DNA of 45,197 nucleotides from a plasmid: sequence record NZ_CP022471.1; one strand, 5' to 3'. Shown piece by piece: positions 36,193 to 45,197 of this stretch (position 1 is its first letter; each line of letters starts with the position of its first letter). The notes under the pieces were generated by a model. It saw only the letters and a program-made list of their open reading frames with translations, ran no database searches and was not told where the DNA came from. The position numbers and the translations under genes were made by a program.

Positions 36193-36813
36193 ATGGCATT
36201 TGGAAAATTAGTAAATGATAAGATTGTTATTGATACCAATAATGCTTTAAACTACAAGAATAAAGAAGGTGATATTCAACAAAGAAAAGTAGATACTGCT
36301 TTAATCGATGTTATTAAAGAAGCTGGACAAGTTGCTGCAATGGAACACGGAGCTGTGCTTTTTTCAGCAAAAATAAATGATGAGTGGAAAAACTATTTTG
36401 TTAATAGAGATGAAAAAACTCACAATATAGTTTTAAAACCTACAAATTCACAAAATAGAGATGATTTCATATATATCAACTCTAACATAAATGAGCAAGG
36501 TTATTTTTACTACACAATTAATCAAAAGCGAGAAGCTGCAAAAGAATTAATTGAAGGAATTGGGATTATAGAACACCAAAACCAAGATGGAACTAAAAGT
36601 CACTATTTAGAAACTAATGTAAGGCTTTACAATGAAGAATTAAAACAGGAACTTAAAGAAAAAGGTAATGAGTTTATAGCTGTAATTTCAAATGCTGGAA
36701 TTAGAATTGTTAATGAAGCTGAAATGAAAGCACAAAAACAAGAACAACAAATACAGCAAACTCAAGAAATTAAAGAGCCTGAAAAAACTCAAAACCAAGA
36801 GTTTGGAAGATAA
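36193..36813 (+). CDS. Hypothetical soluble protein.
   Basis: RBS AAAAGGAGAAAAAATG. Followed by a strong terminator. Confidence 0.45.
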   Translation: MAFGKLVNDKIVIDTNNALNYKNKEGDIQQRKVDTALIDVIKEAGQVAAMEHGAVLFSAKINDEWKNYFVNRDEKTHNIVLKPTNSQNRDDFIYINSNINEQGYFYYTINQKREAAKELIEGIGIIEHQNQDGTKSHYLETNVRLYNEELKQELKEKGNEFIAVISNAGIRIVNEAEMKAQKQEQQIQQTQEIKEPEKTQNQEFGR

Positions 36814-36815
36814 AA

Positions 36816-36840
36816 ATATGCACCTCATAAAGGTGCATAT
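36816..36840 (+). terminator. Rho-independent terminator ATATGCACCTcataaAGGTGCATAT followed by a T-rich tail.
   Basis: Perfect 10-bp stem followed by TTTATAGTTATT. Confidence 0.55.
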
Positions 36841-37076
36841 TTATAGTTATTATTATTTATTAATAGTAACTATAAATAACAAATTTAAAAGTTATTTTTT
36901 GACAAGATGAGTAGTTTTACAAAAAATCAAACTATAGAAAAATCAATAGTAAAAAAATATCAATATCTTTAAAAATAGTATATTTAAATTAATAATATAT
37001 AACATTAATAACTATTATTTTCTAATATTTATTAATAATATAGCAAACAATAAGATAAGATTTTTGAAAGGCAAAA

Positions 37077-39269
37077 ATGAGATTATTTATAGCTGAAAAA
37101 CCCGAACTTGGTAGAGCAATTGCAGAAGGACTAGATGGCAATTATAAAAGCGGAGAAGGATATATACAAAAAGGTGATAATATTGTTACTTGGGCTTTTG
37201 GGCATATTCTAGAGCTTGCGAAACCTGAAGAATATGATGAAAAATATAAGTTATGGAAACTTGAAGACTTACCACTACCCATTAAAGAATTTAAATACTT
37301 ACCCAAAAAAGAAAGTAAAAAACAATTAAAAATTATTTGCGATTTAATCCATAGCGACAAGATTACTTCTATTGTAAATTGTGGGGATGCGGATGATGAG
37401 GGTCAAATTCTTGTTGATGAAATTATTCAATACTCCAAAACTTCTAAACCTGTATTTAGGGTTTTAATCAATGATTTAACACCAAAAGCAGTAAAAGAAG
37501 AAATAGCAAAAATTAAGCCAAATGCAGATTTTAAAGGAATGAGCGAAAGAGGTTTTGCAAGAAGTCAAGCAGACTGGATAGTTGGGATAAATCTTACTAG
37601 GGCTTACACCATAATGGCACGAAAAAATGGATATGAGGGTGTTTTAAGCGTAGGTAGAGTTCAAACACCTATTTTGTCTCTTATAGTTAATAGAGATAAA
37701 GAATTTGAAAATTTTAAAAGTATAGATTATTATTCCTTGCTAGGTGATTTTAATATCAACAATAATACTATTAAAGCAAGATTGAAAACAGAAGATAAAA
37801 TTTTAGATGAAAATTTAGCTAAAGAGATCAAAGAATCTTGTGAAAATCAAAATGCAAAAATTAATTTAAAAATAGAAAACAAAAAGGAATATCCACCGCT
37901 ACCTTATAATCTACTTGTTTTACAAGCTGAATGTGCAAAACTTTTTGGTTTTAGCCCTGATAAAACATTAGAAATCACTCAAATTTTAAGAGAAAAACAC
38001 AAGGCTATAACTTATAATAGATCAGATTGCCAATATTTACCTGAAACAATGTTTGAACAAGCACCAAATATTTTAAATATTATAAAGGAAAATTTAAATT
38101 CTAATGATGAAATTCAAGCTCTCATTGCTAGCAGTGATTTAACAATAAAAAGCAAGGCTTTTAACGATGCTAACATTTCAGCACACTATGGAATAATCCC
38201 TACCCAAAATAAAATTTCATCGCAATTAACTCAAGATGAATTAGTCGTTTACAATCTAATCGCTAAAAGATTTATTATCCAATTCTTTCATCCTAGAGAA
38301 TATCAAACTACTACAATTAATTTAGAAGTAAATCAAAGAATTTTTACCGCTACTCAAAACAAGACAACAAAAAGTGGTTTTAGAAGTCTTTGGCAAAATA
38401 TAGATAGCGAAGAGGAACAAGAAAATAATGAGAACGATATAAACGATTTATCTATCTTAAAAAATGGTGATATTGCAAAATGCTCTTTGATACAAATTGA
38501 AAAAAAGCAAACAAAGCCACGCCCTTACTACACTATGACAACGCTACTTAAAGATTTAAATAGTGTCGCAAAGTATGTGTCTGATGAAAGAATTAAAAAA
38601 TTACTGATTGAAAAAGACAAAGACAAAAAAGGTGAAAGTGGTGGTATAGGAACACCTGCAACAAGATCTAATCATATAAAAACATTAATTGAAAGAGAGT
38701 ATATAGAAGTAAGTAAAGATAAAAAACAAATTATCAAATCCACTAAAAAAGGTAGAGATTTAATTAAACTTTCTCCAAAATCACTTATTACTCCTGACAT
38801 GACAGCATTGTGGTTTGAGCAACAAAAAATGATAGAAATATCAGAATTAAGAAGAGAACAATTCTTAGAAGAAATCACAAAAGAAGTAATTAGCGAAATT
38901 CAAAGAATTGATAAAAATCAAGAGTTTAAAATACTAGATAATGAAAACAAACCAAAAATTCAATGTCCGCAATGCAATAAAGGATTTTTAACCAAACGAA
39001 AAGGGAAATATGGAAACTTTTGGGGTTGTAGTGAATTTAAACAAGGTTGCAAAGCCATTTATCCTGATAACAAAGGCACACCAAACTTTGAAACAAAACA
39101 AGCAAGCAACGATACTACTCATAAATGTCCGCAATGCAATAAAGGATTTTTACAAAGAATAAAAAGTAAAAATGGTAATAGTTGGTGGTGGGGTTGTAGT
39201 GAATTTAAACAAGGTTGCAAGGCTATGTATTATGACGATAATGGAAAACCTAAAATAATAAATGTATAA
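37077..39269 (+). CDS. Type IA DNA topoisomerase (topoisomerase III-like) with two tandem C-terminal zinc ribbons.
   Basis: Toprim N-terminus MRLFIAEKPELGRAIAEGL. The CPQCNKGFL...WGCSEFKQGCKA motif is repeated twice. The two repeats share long identical DNA stretches (38964..39055 versus 39126..39224). Confidence 0.85.
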   Translation: MRLFIAEKPELGRAIAEGLDGNYKSGEGYIQKGDNIVTWAFGHILELAKPEEYDEKYKLWKLEDLPLPIKEFKYLPKKESKKQLKIICDLIHSDKITSIVNCGDADDEGQILVDEIIQYSKTSKPVFRVLINDLTPKAVKEEIAKIKPNADFKGMSERGFARSQADWIVGINLTRAYTIMARKNGYEGVLSVGRVQTPILSLIVNRDKEFENFKSIDYYSLLGDFNINNNTIKARLKTEDKILDENLAKEIKESCENQNAKINLKIENKKEYPPLPYNLLVLQAECAKLFGFSPDKTLEITQILREKHKAITYNRSDCQYLPETMFEQAPNILNIIKENLNSNDEIQALIASSDLTIKSKAFNDANISAHYGIIPTQNKISSQLTQDELVVYNLIAKRFIIQFFHPREYQTTTINLEVNQRIFTATQNKTTKSGFRSLWQNIDSEEEQENNENDINDLSILKNGDIAKCSLIQIEKKQTKPRPYYTMTTLLKDLNSVAKYVSDERIKKLLIEKDKDKKGESGGIGTPATRSNHIKTLIEREYIEVSKDKKQIIKSTKKGRDLIKLSPKSLITPDMTALWFEQQKMIEISELRREQFLEEITKEVISEIQRIDKNQEFKILDNENKPKIQCPQCNKGFLTKRKGKYGNFWGCSEFKQGCKAIYPDNKGTPNFETKQASNDTTHKCPQCNKGFLQRIKSKNGNSWWWGCSEFKQGCKAMYYDDNGKPKIINV

Positions 39270-39374
39270 TATTAATAAATATTAATTTATTTTAATTAAT
39301 ATTAATAAATAATATTTTTCAAATATAAAGAATTTTATGATTATGTAAAAATATTTTTTGAGAGGAGGTAAATT

Positions 39375-40796
39375 ATGGAAGAAAAAAATAAATATAATCA
39401 ATGCTTGTTGCTTAATGGCTATGAGTTTTTAGATTTTGAAAATACTAAAAATACAACCTTAAAAGAATGGTTAAAAGATGAAAATTTTTTGCTTTTTATT
39501 AAAAGCATTCCAAAAGATTATATTTTTATTATAAAAAAATATGGCATAGCTAATGGAATATTTTTGACACATAAAAAAACTTTTGAATTCGCTCAAAAAA
39601 TACTAGAAAAAGTCAAAGATATAAATTTTGACTTTTCTTATAGTGAATTTGAATTTAATCAAAATATTTTTTACGCATTAAATTTTGAAAATAAAGAAAT
39701 TTCATTTACGGAACTTGTTTTTAGTTTTAAAATAAATTCATTGGATAGAGAAAGTTTTGATATTAGTAACATTTATAATAAAAAACATTTCATCATACAA
39801 AAAGATAATAGCTTAATTACCTTTAAATATAGAAAAATTCAAAGCAAGGGTTTTAATCTTGTTTTTTTATTAGAAAATAATATTTTAAAAAATTATTATT
39901 TTAACTATTTAGAAAAAATAAATCCTTATATTGCCAAAGATTTTAAAAATATCAAAGAAAATCATTCTTTTGAAATATATAAGCTTTTAAGAATAGATTT
40001 TAATGTTTTAATCAATTGTCATAGCGTTCAAGAAGTTATAGAAAAATCATTAAATACTAAAATTAATTTCAATCTAAATAAATTTGATATCCACTTGGCT
40101 TTATCTTTTGCAATTTCTTTAAATTTTATTGCAAAAAACGAACAGAATAAATTGTATAAATTTGTTTTGGAGAATAACAAATTAATATATGATTATATTG
40201 ATTTTATTAATAATAATTTTGCCAACGAGCATTTTATTAAAATAAAATACAAAAGAAAAAAATACAAAATTATTAATATTGCCTCATTTTTATTGTATCA
40301 CAAATTAAAACCACAGAAAGAAAGCTATCAAAATGAATTTCTTGAAATTTATATACTAATAAATGATTATATTAAATTAAGCTATGAAACAAATAATTTA
40401 ATTAACCTTAACATTAATTCTATAAATAGAATAACAAACGAACATAATGTTTTAACGATAGAATTAGAAAAAAAACAAATTCCAAAAAATAAAAAACTTA
40501 AAATTAAAGAAGATTTTATCAATTTAAAACTTCCAGAAGAATTTAAACTAATAGAAACGCATAAAGAACTTTACTTGCACGGAATGGAGCAAAAAAATTG
40601 CGTTTATACAAGAAGAAGAGAAATTGAAGACGGCTTAAGTGCCATTTATAGTTTAAATTACGAAGGAGGAGTTTATACATTGGAAATTTTCAAAAGAAAA
40701 AATAAATTTGCAATTAAGGAAATCAAAGCAAAATATAATGAATTTGCAAATAAAGAAGTTATAAATTTTGTTGAAAAAAGCCTGAAAGCTGTTTAA
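39375..40796 (+). CDS. PcfJ-like conjugative plasmid protein.
   Basis: C-terminal LYLHGMEQKNCVYTRRREIEDGLSAIYSL resembles the conserved PcfJ-family core (EG/M-HCV). RBS GAGAGGAGG. Confidence 0.4.
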   Translation: MEEKNKYNQCLLLNGYEFLDFENTKNTTLKEWLKDENFLLFIKSIPKDYIFIIKKYGIANGIFLTHKKTFEFAQKILEKVKDINFDFSYSEFEFNQNIFYALNFENKEISFTELVFSFKINSLDRESFDISNIYNKKHFIIQKDNSLITFKYRKIQSKGFNLVFLLENNILKNYYFNYLEKINPYIAKDFKNIKENHSFEIYKLLRIDFNVLINCHSVQEVIEKSLNTKINFNLNKFDIHLALSFAISLNFIAKNEQNKLYKFVLENNKLIYDYIDFINNNFANEHFIKIKYKRKKYKIINIASFLLYHKLKPQKESYQNEFLEIYILINDYIKLSYETNNLINLNINSINRITNEHNVLTIELEKKQIPKNKKLKIKEDFINLKLPEEFKLIETHKELYLHGMEQKNCVYTRRREIEDGLSAIYSLNYEGGVYTLEIFKRKNKFAIKEIKAKYNEFANKEVINFVEKSLKAV

Positions 40797-40814
40797 AAAA
40801 TACAAGGAGTTAAA

Positions 40815-40994
40815 ATGAATACAAACAAAATTACAGATTTACACATACAAATTTCAAAGGAAGACTTGAAAATTTTAGATTTACTACTTAAAGCCAATGA
40901 GTATTCTAATATTGTTTTTTATTGCGAAAACGATGAAGAACATTTTATTTTTACAGAAGTAAAACTTGGAAATTATTTTTGCATAAACAGATGA
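40815..40994 (+). CDS. 59-aa hypothetical ORF, the last AT-rich gene before the GC-rich junction.
   Basis: RBS AAGGAG precedes the ATG at 40815. The stop sits exactly where GC content rises. Confidence 0.3.
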   Translation: MNTNKITDLHIQISKEDLKILDLLLKANEYSNIVFYCENDEEHFIFTEVKLGNYFCINR

Positions 40995-40999
40995 TTAGT

Positions 41000-41030
41000 G
41001 GCAGGGGGAAATCCTGCCGCTTTTTCTGCT
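41000..41030 (+). terminator. Hairpin GGCAGGgggaaatCCTGCC followed by GCTTTTTCTGCTTT, at the AT-rich to GC-rich boundary.
   Basis: Directly visible stem with a T-run. Confidence 0.4.
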
Positions 41031-41043
41031 TTAGTTTGTCAGC

Positions 41044-41072
41044 TTGACAAATAAAGGGTTAAGGAATATAAT
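41044..41072 (+). promoter_or_regulatory. Perfect consensus promoter TTGACA-N17-TATAAT about 280 bp upstream of tet(O).
   Basis: TTGACA at 41044..41049, a 17-nt spacer and TATAAT at 41067..41072. Confidence 0.55.
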
Positions 41073-41279
41073 TAGATTCAGTATTATACAAGGAGTTAAT
41101 AAATATGCGGCAAGGTATTCTTAAATAAACTGTCAATTTGATAGTGGGAACAAAAAGTAGCAGTCCCGTTTCACTTTTAATATGGGGCTTAGTTTTTTGT
41201 ACCCAGTTTAAGAATACTTTTATCATGTAATTTTATATGCCCGAAAACATATAAGTGTTTTGGGGCTATTGGAGTTATT

Positions 41280-41328
41280 TACCCAGTGATAGGAGTATTT
41301 ATCACTGGGTATTTTTATGCCCTTTTTT
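41280..41328 (+). promoter_or_regulatory. Leader hairpin TACCCAGTGATAggagtattTATCACTGGGTA followed by a T-rich tract. Attenuator-like structure preceding tet(O).
   Basis: 12-bp perfect stem followed by TTTTTATGCCCTTTTTT. By analogy with the transcriptional attenuation described upstream of tet(M). Confidence 0.5.
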
Positions 41329-41352
41329 GGGTGTTGATAGGAAGAAAATCAC

Positions 41353-43272
41353 ATGAAAATAATTAACTTAGGCATTCTGGCTCACGTTGACGCAGGAAAG
41401 ACAACATTAACGGAAAGTTTATTGTATACCAGTGGTGCAATTGCAGAACTAGGGAGCGTAGATGAAGGCACAACAAGGACAGATACAATGAATTTGGAGC
41501 GTCAAAGGGGAATCACTATCCAGACAGCAGTGACATCTTTTCAGTGGGAGGATGTAAAAGTCAACATTATAGATACGCCAGGCCATATGGATTTTTTGGC
41601 GGAAGTATACCGTTCTTTATCCGTATTAGACGGAGCAGTATTATTAGTTTCTGCAAAGGATGGCATACAGGCACAGACCCGTATACTGTTTCATGCACTA
41701 CAGATAATGAAGATTCCGACAATTTTTTTCATCAATAAAATTGACCAAGAGGGGATTGATTTGCCAATGGTATATCGGGAAATGAAAGCAAAGCTTTCTT
41801 CGGAAATTATAGTGAAGCAAAAGGTTGGGCAGCATCCCCATATAAATGTAACGGACAATGACGATATGGAACAGTGGGATGCGGTAATTATGGGAAACGA
41901 TGAACTATTAGAGAAATATATGTCAGGGAAACCGTTTAAAATGTCAGAACTGGAACAGGAAGAAAACAGGAGATTCCAAAACGGAACGTTATTTCCCGTT
42001 TATCACGGAAGCGCTAAAAACAATCTGGGGATTCGGCAGCTTATAGAAGTAATTGCCAGTAAATTTTATTCATCAACGCCTGAAGGTCAATCTGAACTAT
42101 GCGGGCAGGTTTTTAAGATTGAATATTCAGAGAAAAGGCGGCGTTTTGTTTATGTGCGTATATATAGCGGAACATTGCATTTGAGGGATGTTATTAGAAT
42201 ATCTGAAAAAGAGAAAATAAAAATCACAGAGATGTATGTTCCGACAAACGGTGAATTATATTCATCCGATACAGCCTGCTCTGGTGATATTGTAATTTTA
42301 CCAAATGATGTTTTGCAGCTAAACAGTATTTTGGGGAACGAAATACTGTTGCCGCAGAGAAAATTTATTGAAAATCCTCTCCCTATGATCCAAACAACGA
42401 TTGCAGTAAAGAAATCTGAACAGCGGGAAATATTGCTTGGGGCACTTACAGAAATTTCAGATTGCGACCCTCTTTTAAAATATTATGTGGATACTACAAC
42501 GCATGAGATTATACTTTCTTTTTTGGGGAATGTGCAGATGGAAGTCATTTGTGCCATCCTTGAGGAAAAATATCATGTGGAGGCAGAAATAAAAGAGCCT
42601 ACTGTTATATATATGGAAAGACCGCTTAGAAAAGCAGAATATACCATCCACATAGAAGTCCCGCCAAATCCTTTCTGGGCTTCTGTCGGGTTGTCCATAG
42701 AGCCGCTCCCTATTGGAAGCGGAGTGCAGTATGAAAGCAGAGTTTCACTTGGATATTTAAATCAATCGTTCCAAAATGCGGTTATGGAGGGGGTTCTTTA
42801 TGGCTGCGAGCAGGGGCTGTATGGATGGAAAGTGACAGACTGTAAAATCTGTTTTGAATATGGATTGTATTATAGTCCTGTAAGTACCCCCGCAGACTTT
42901 CGGCTGCTTTCCCCTATCGTATTGGAGCAGGCTTTAAAAAAAGCAGGGACAGAACTATTAGAGCCATATCTCCACTTTGAAATTTATGCACCGCAGGAAT
43001 ATCTCTCACGGGCGTATCATGATGCTCCAAGGTATTGTGCAGATATTGTAAGTACTCAGATAAAGAATGACGAGGTCATTCTGAAAGGAGAAATCCCTGC
43101 TAGATGTATTCAAGAATACAGGAACGATTTAACTTATTTCACAAATGGGCAGGGAGTCTGCTTGACAGAGTTAAAAGGATACCAGCCAGCTATTGGTAAA
43201 TTTATTTGCCAACCCCGCCGCCCGAATAGCCGTATAGATAAGGTTCGGCATATGTTCCACAAGTTAGCTTAA
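41353..43272 (+). CDS. tet(O): Tet(O) ribosomal protection protein, a translational GTPase conferring tetracycline resistance.
   Basis: 639 aa with the G1 motif [14 protein letters not shown] and NKID. Across the sequence it resembles Tet(O) more than Tet(M), for example [65 protein letters not shown]-richer than the backbone. Confidence 0.93.
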   Translation: MKIINLGILAHVDAGKTTLTESLLYTSGAIAELGSVDEGTTRTDTMNLERQRGITIQTAVTSFQWEDVKVNIIDTPGHMDFLAEVYRSLSVLDGAVLLVSAKDGIQAQTRILFHALQIMKIPTIFFINKIDQEGIDLPMVYREMKAKLSSEIIVKQKVGQHPHINVTDNDDMEQWDAVIMGNDELLEKYMSGKPFKMSELEQEENRRFQNGTLFPVYHGSAKNNLGIRQLIEVIASKFYSSTPEGQSELCGQVFKIEYSEKRRRFVYVRIYSGTLHLRDVIRISEKEKIKITEMYVPTNGELYSSDTACSGDIVILPNDVLQLNSILGNEILLPQRKFIENPLPMIQTTIAVKKSEQREILLGALTEISDCDPLLKYYVDTTTHEIILSFLGNVQMEVICAILEEKYHVEAEIKEPTVIYMERPLRKAEYTIHIEVPPNPFWASVGLSIEPLPIGSGVQYESRVSLGYLNQSFQNAVMEGVLYGCEQGLYGWKVTDCKICFEYGLYYSPVSTPADFRLLSPIVLEQALKKAGTELLEPYLHFEIYAPQEYLSRAYHDAPRYCADIVSTQIKNDEVILKGEIPARCIQEYRNDLTYFTNGQGVCLTELKGYQPAIGKFICQPRRPNSRIDKVRHMFHKLA

Positions 43273-43323
43273 CAGCTTGCAAAAGTCATATAAAATGAGA
43301 TTTGAAAGGATTAGAGACTAATT

Positions 43324-43497
43324 ATGATGAAATGCGAATGGATATTGTGTCCTGTTTGTGGGAGCAAAACCCGTAATAAAATTAGGAAGGACACTGTTTT
43401 GGAGAATTATCCCCTTTATTGTCCAAAATGCAGACAAGAAAGATTGATTAAAGTTGACAACTTGAAGATAACTGTCATCAAAGAGCCAGACGCTTAA
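43324..43497 (+). CDS. Cysteine-rich KTR-domain small protein, the conserved companion found downstream of tet(M)/tet(O)-type genes.
   Basis: 57 aa: MMKCEWILCPVCGSKTRNKIRKDTVLENYPLYCPKCRQERLIKVDNLKITVIKEPDA. Confidence 0.8.
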   Translation: MMKCEWILCPVCGSKTRNKIRKDTVLENYPLYCPKCRQERLIKVDNLKITVIKEPDA

Positions 43498-43502
43498 GAC
43501 GC

Positions 43503-43551
43503 AGAGCCGATGAAATTGTGGAACAATTCACGAATCATCGGCTCTTTTTGT
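43503..43551 (+). terminator. Rho-independent terminator AGAGCCGATGA...TCATCGGCTCTTTTTG.
   Basis: 11-bp stem followed by a T-run, immediately after the KTR gene. Confidence 0.6.
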
Positions 43552-43694
43552 TTCGTATTTGAAAGAACAAACTCACCAAATAAAAAAAACGATATTCGGG
43601 TGGGTTATTTTGTTATACCCTAAATTACCCTCTGAGTAAGCACGACCTTAAAGACTTAAAGGAACGGTGCAACGAGCAGAGCTGGGAACAGGGC

Positions 43695-44060
43695 TTGCAT
43701 GTGCCGGAGAAAGGAAAGACATTTGCTGGAGAAGTCCGGGAAGAAACGGTGGCATGGAGCAAAGACACCTACCAGCTTTTGAAACAGGCAGAGCAGGGAA
43801 AGGTCAAAAGCTATGTGCAGGATATTGCCCTTGCGGTGCTGGATTGTAAGGAAACAGCGACCAGCCGGGAAACCTTTATCCGGCTGATGAATGAAAGAGG
43901 GTACGGGGTGGACTGGCAGGACAGCCACAAGTACATCACATATACCGACTTAGCCAGGGAACAGGCAGGAGAAAAGGCTTGTAAAATCAGGGATAACAAG
44001 CTGGAAAAATACTACAATATGGATTTTGGAAAGGAGAGTATGGAGCATGAGTTTGAGAGA
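43695..44060 (+). pseudogene. Fragment similar to the C-terminal part of a Gram-positive Mob/relaxase-type protein. It lacks a proper start, and downstream the frame degenerates into low-complexity alternate-frame sequence.
   Basis: It has a TTG-only start, no upstream continuation and no RBS. After about 44040 the frame reads RAEQEAHQRAEAERRAAEE, typical of an out-of-frame coiled-coil sequence. Confidence 0.3.
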
Positions 44061-44619
44061 AATGCACGAACAGCAGAAGCAGAGCAGTCCAAGAGAGCAG
44101 CTTCAAGAGTTAAACCGACAGAGCCGGACAGAGCTGGAAAACAGTCTGCTCAAAGAAGCGTTGGCGATGTCGAGCGAGAACTGCGAGGAATTGATGAAGC
44201 AGTCAAATCAAGAACAAGTGAGGGCAGAGCAGAACAGGCAGAGAGACGCAGAGCAGAACAGGAAGCTCATCAGCGAGCTGAAGCAGAGCGTAGAGCTGCT
44301 GAAGAACAGCAACGAATTGCTTCAAGACGCTATATCGGGCGAGATTGGGAGCCTGAAAGATGAGGTTAAGGAAAACACCGTCCAAGAGGTTAGAAAGGCG
44401 TTACAGGCGAATATAGAGGCTATACAGAGGGCTACAAAGCTTCTTGAGAAGCAGTCTGATACACTTACGAGCGTGATGAAGCAGAAGATCCGGGAGCTTG
44501 AGGAAAGTAAGAACAGTTTTTTTAGATATGAGGGCTTGAAGTTGTACCTGTTTTGGGGCGGTATGGTCTGCAATATTTTAGTGTTTCTTATGCTGTTGTA
44601 TGGTATGATTAGTAAGTAA
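44047..44619 (+). CDS. Coiled-coil protein with a C-terminal transmembrane anchor. It could be the frameshifted continuation of the upstream fragment.
   Basis: ATG at 44047 is preceded by AAGGAG. Long heptad-like coiled coil. C-terminal LYLFWGGMVCNILVFLMLLYGMI. Confidence 0.4.
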   Translation: MSLREMHEQQKQSSPREQLQELNRQSRTELENSLLKEALAMSSENCEELMKQSNQEQVRAEQNRQRDAEQNRKLISELKQSVELLKNSNELLQDAISGEIGSLKDEVKENTVQEVRKALQANIEAIQRATKLLEKQSDTLTSVMKQKIRELEESKNSFFRYEGLKLYLFWGGMVCNILVFLMLLYGMISK

Positions 44620-44657
44620 AAAGAAATCGATAAATTAGAATTTGACGGGGAGGTCTC

Positions 44658-45080
44658 ATGAGGACAGAATATAAACACAATCCGCCCATTCCATATAGTC
44701 TGCATGATATGCGGGTCAAAAAGATTATAATTCAAGATAAAACAATAGTCCTTGAATTCGAGGACGGATATGAAAAACTTACAGAACCTTTTGAACAGGT
44801 CGAGGGAAACATCACAATCGAAGGTGTGGATTTTGATTGTACCTGCGTTATGTTGCAGAGCAAATGGGGAAACTATGGAAAATTCAACGGTGAGAAATTA
44901 GAACTGGAACGCTTTATAAAGAGATACAAAAACTATAGCTTTGAAATTGTAGATGAATTATACGGGTATAATCAAGTATTGTATTCTGGTTATTTATCTA
45001 TCTTAGAAACAGAAGATTTAGTTCAAATGGACATTTCAATTTACTTTACGGGCAAAATTATTTACGATACAAAAGAGTAA
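44658..45080 (+). CDS. Hypothetical protein of the GC-rich, Gram-positive-derived segment.
   Basis: 140-aa ORF. RBS GGGGAGG precedes the ATG. Composition matches the tet(O) island. Confidence 0.45.
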   Translation: MRTEYKHNPPIPYSLHDMRVKKIIIQDKTIVLEFEDGYEKLTEPFEQVEGNITIEGVDFDCTCVMLQSKWGNYGKFNGEKLELERFIKRYKNYSFEIVDELYGYNQVLYSGYLSILETEDLVQMDISIYFTGKIIYDTKE

Positions 45081-45124
45081 CAAATTCCAGTTTGTCGGTA
45101 CGAAGAAAAAGGTGCAAAAATGTA

Positions 45125-45163
45125 TTGATAAGATTAGCGGTCAAGGCGAGAGGGAGTGAGGTG
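45125..45163. repeat. Copy 2 of the terminal imperfect direct repeat. It is followed by the inverted repeat AGGGAGTG...CACTCCCT (45149..45190).
   Basis: Matches 28..66 with one mismatch. An extra 8-bp inverted repeat with a 27-nt loop lies just downstream. Confidence 0.8.
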
Positions 45164-45197
45164 TAGATATTGACATCAAAAAGGCACTCCCTTATAC

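Noticed and set aside
36850-37076. AT-rich quasi-palindromes such as TATAGTTATTATTATTTATTAATAGTAACTATA upstream of the topoisomerase gene.
   Set aside because: They are low-complexity AT repeats of a kind common in intergenic DNA with about 20% GC. They cannot be distinguished from chance symmetry.
1-45197. CRISPR arrays, tRNA or rRNA genes, and IS-type transposases.
   Set aside because: No regularly spaced repeat-spacer arrays, no tRNA-like cloverleaf candidates and no DDE transposase-like ORFs were found. The only recombinase present is the serine resolvase/invertase.

Overview
The window reads as a circularly permuted, roughly 45 kb conjugative resistance plasmid of the Campylobacter pTet type. 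About 39.8 kb (positions ~1190 to ~40995) is very AT-rich backbone, and a GC-richer segment derived from a Gram-positive source is split across the two window ends (40996..45197 plus 1..~1190).

Backbone content:
- A complete VirB/VirD4-type type IV secretion system: virB2, a fused virB3/virB4, virB5 to virB11, and virD4.
- A relaxase with a MobC-like accessory gene and a candidate oriT.
- A TraC-like primase, ssb, and a topoisomerase III with tandem zinc ribbons.
- A parA/parB-like partition pair.
- A 1942-aa N6-adenine methyltransferase fused to an SNF2-like helicase. This resembles phage P1 DarB-type antirestriction proteins.
- An iteron-bearing oriV with a consensus sigma70 promoter that drives a hicB-hicA-rep operon.
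- A serine recombinase cotranscribed with a vapD/vapX-like pair.
- An Rha-family regulator, a GNAT-fold protein with a membrane anchor, and a PcfJ-like protein.

GC-rich segment content:
- tet(O), the ribosomal protection tetracycline resistance gene, with a consensus promoter and a leader hairpin.
- The cysteine-rich KTR small gene that normally follows tet(M)/tet(O).
- Broken relaxase-like remnants.
- A truncated primase-polymerase (Prim-Pol) gene.

Structures not explained by ordinary annotation, and the best candidates for something undescribed:
1. The 1.5 kb recombinase-vapD-vapX module is bracketed by a perfect 18-bp inverted repeat. The right-hand copy sits 19 bp upstream of the pilin gene virB2.
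2. A three-gene operon beside oriT ends in a HEPN/Abi2-like protein carrying an Rx4H motif.
3. A pair of near-identical GC-rich hairpins lies upstream of the primase gene.
4. A 154-bp direct repeat duplicates the virB5/virB6 junction about 10.6 kb away and creates a chimeric lipoprotein gene.
5. A promoter, hairpin and dyad are embedded in the annotated 5' end of the virB5 ORF.
6. Imperfect repeats of about 64 bp lie at both window termini.
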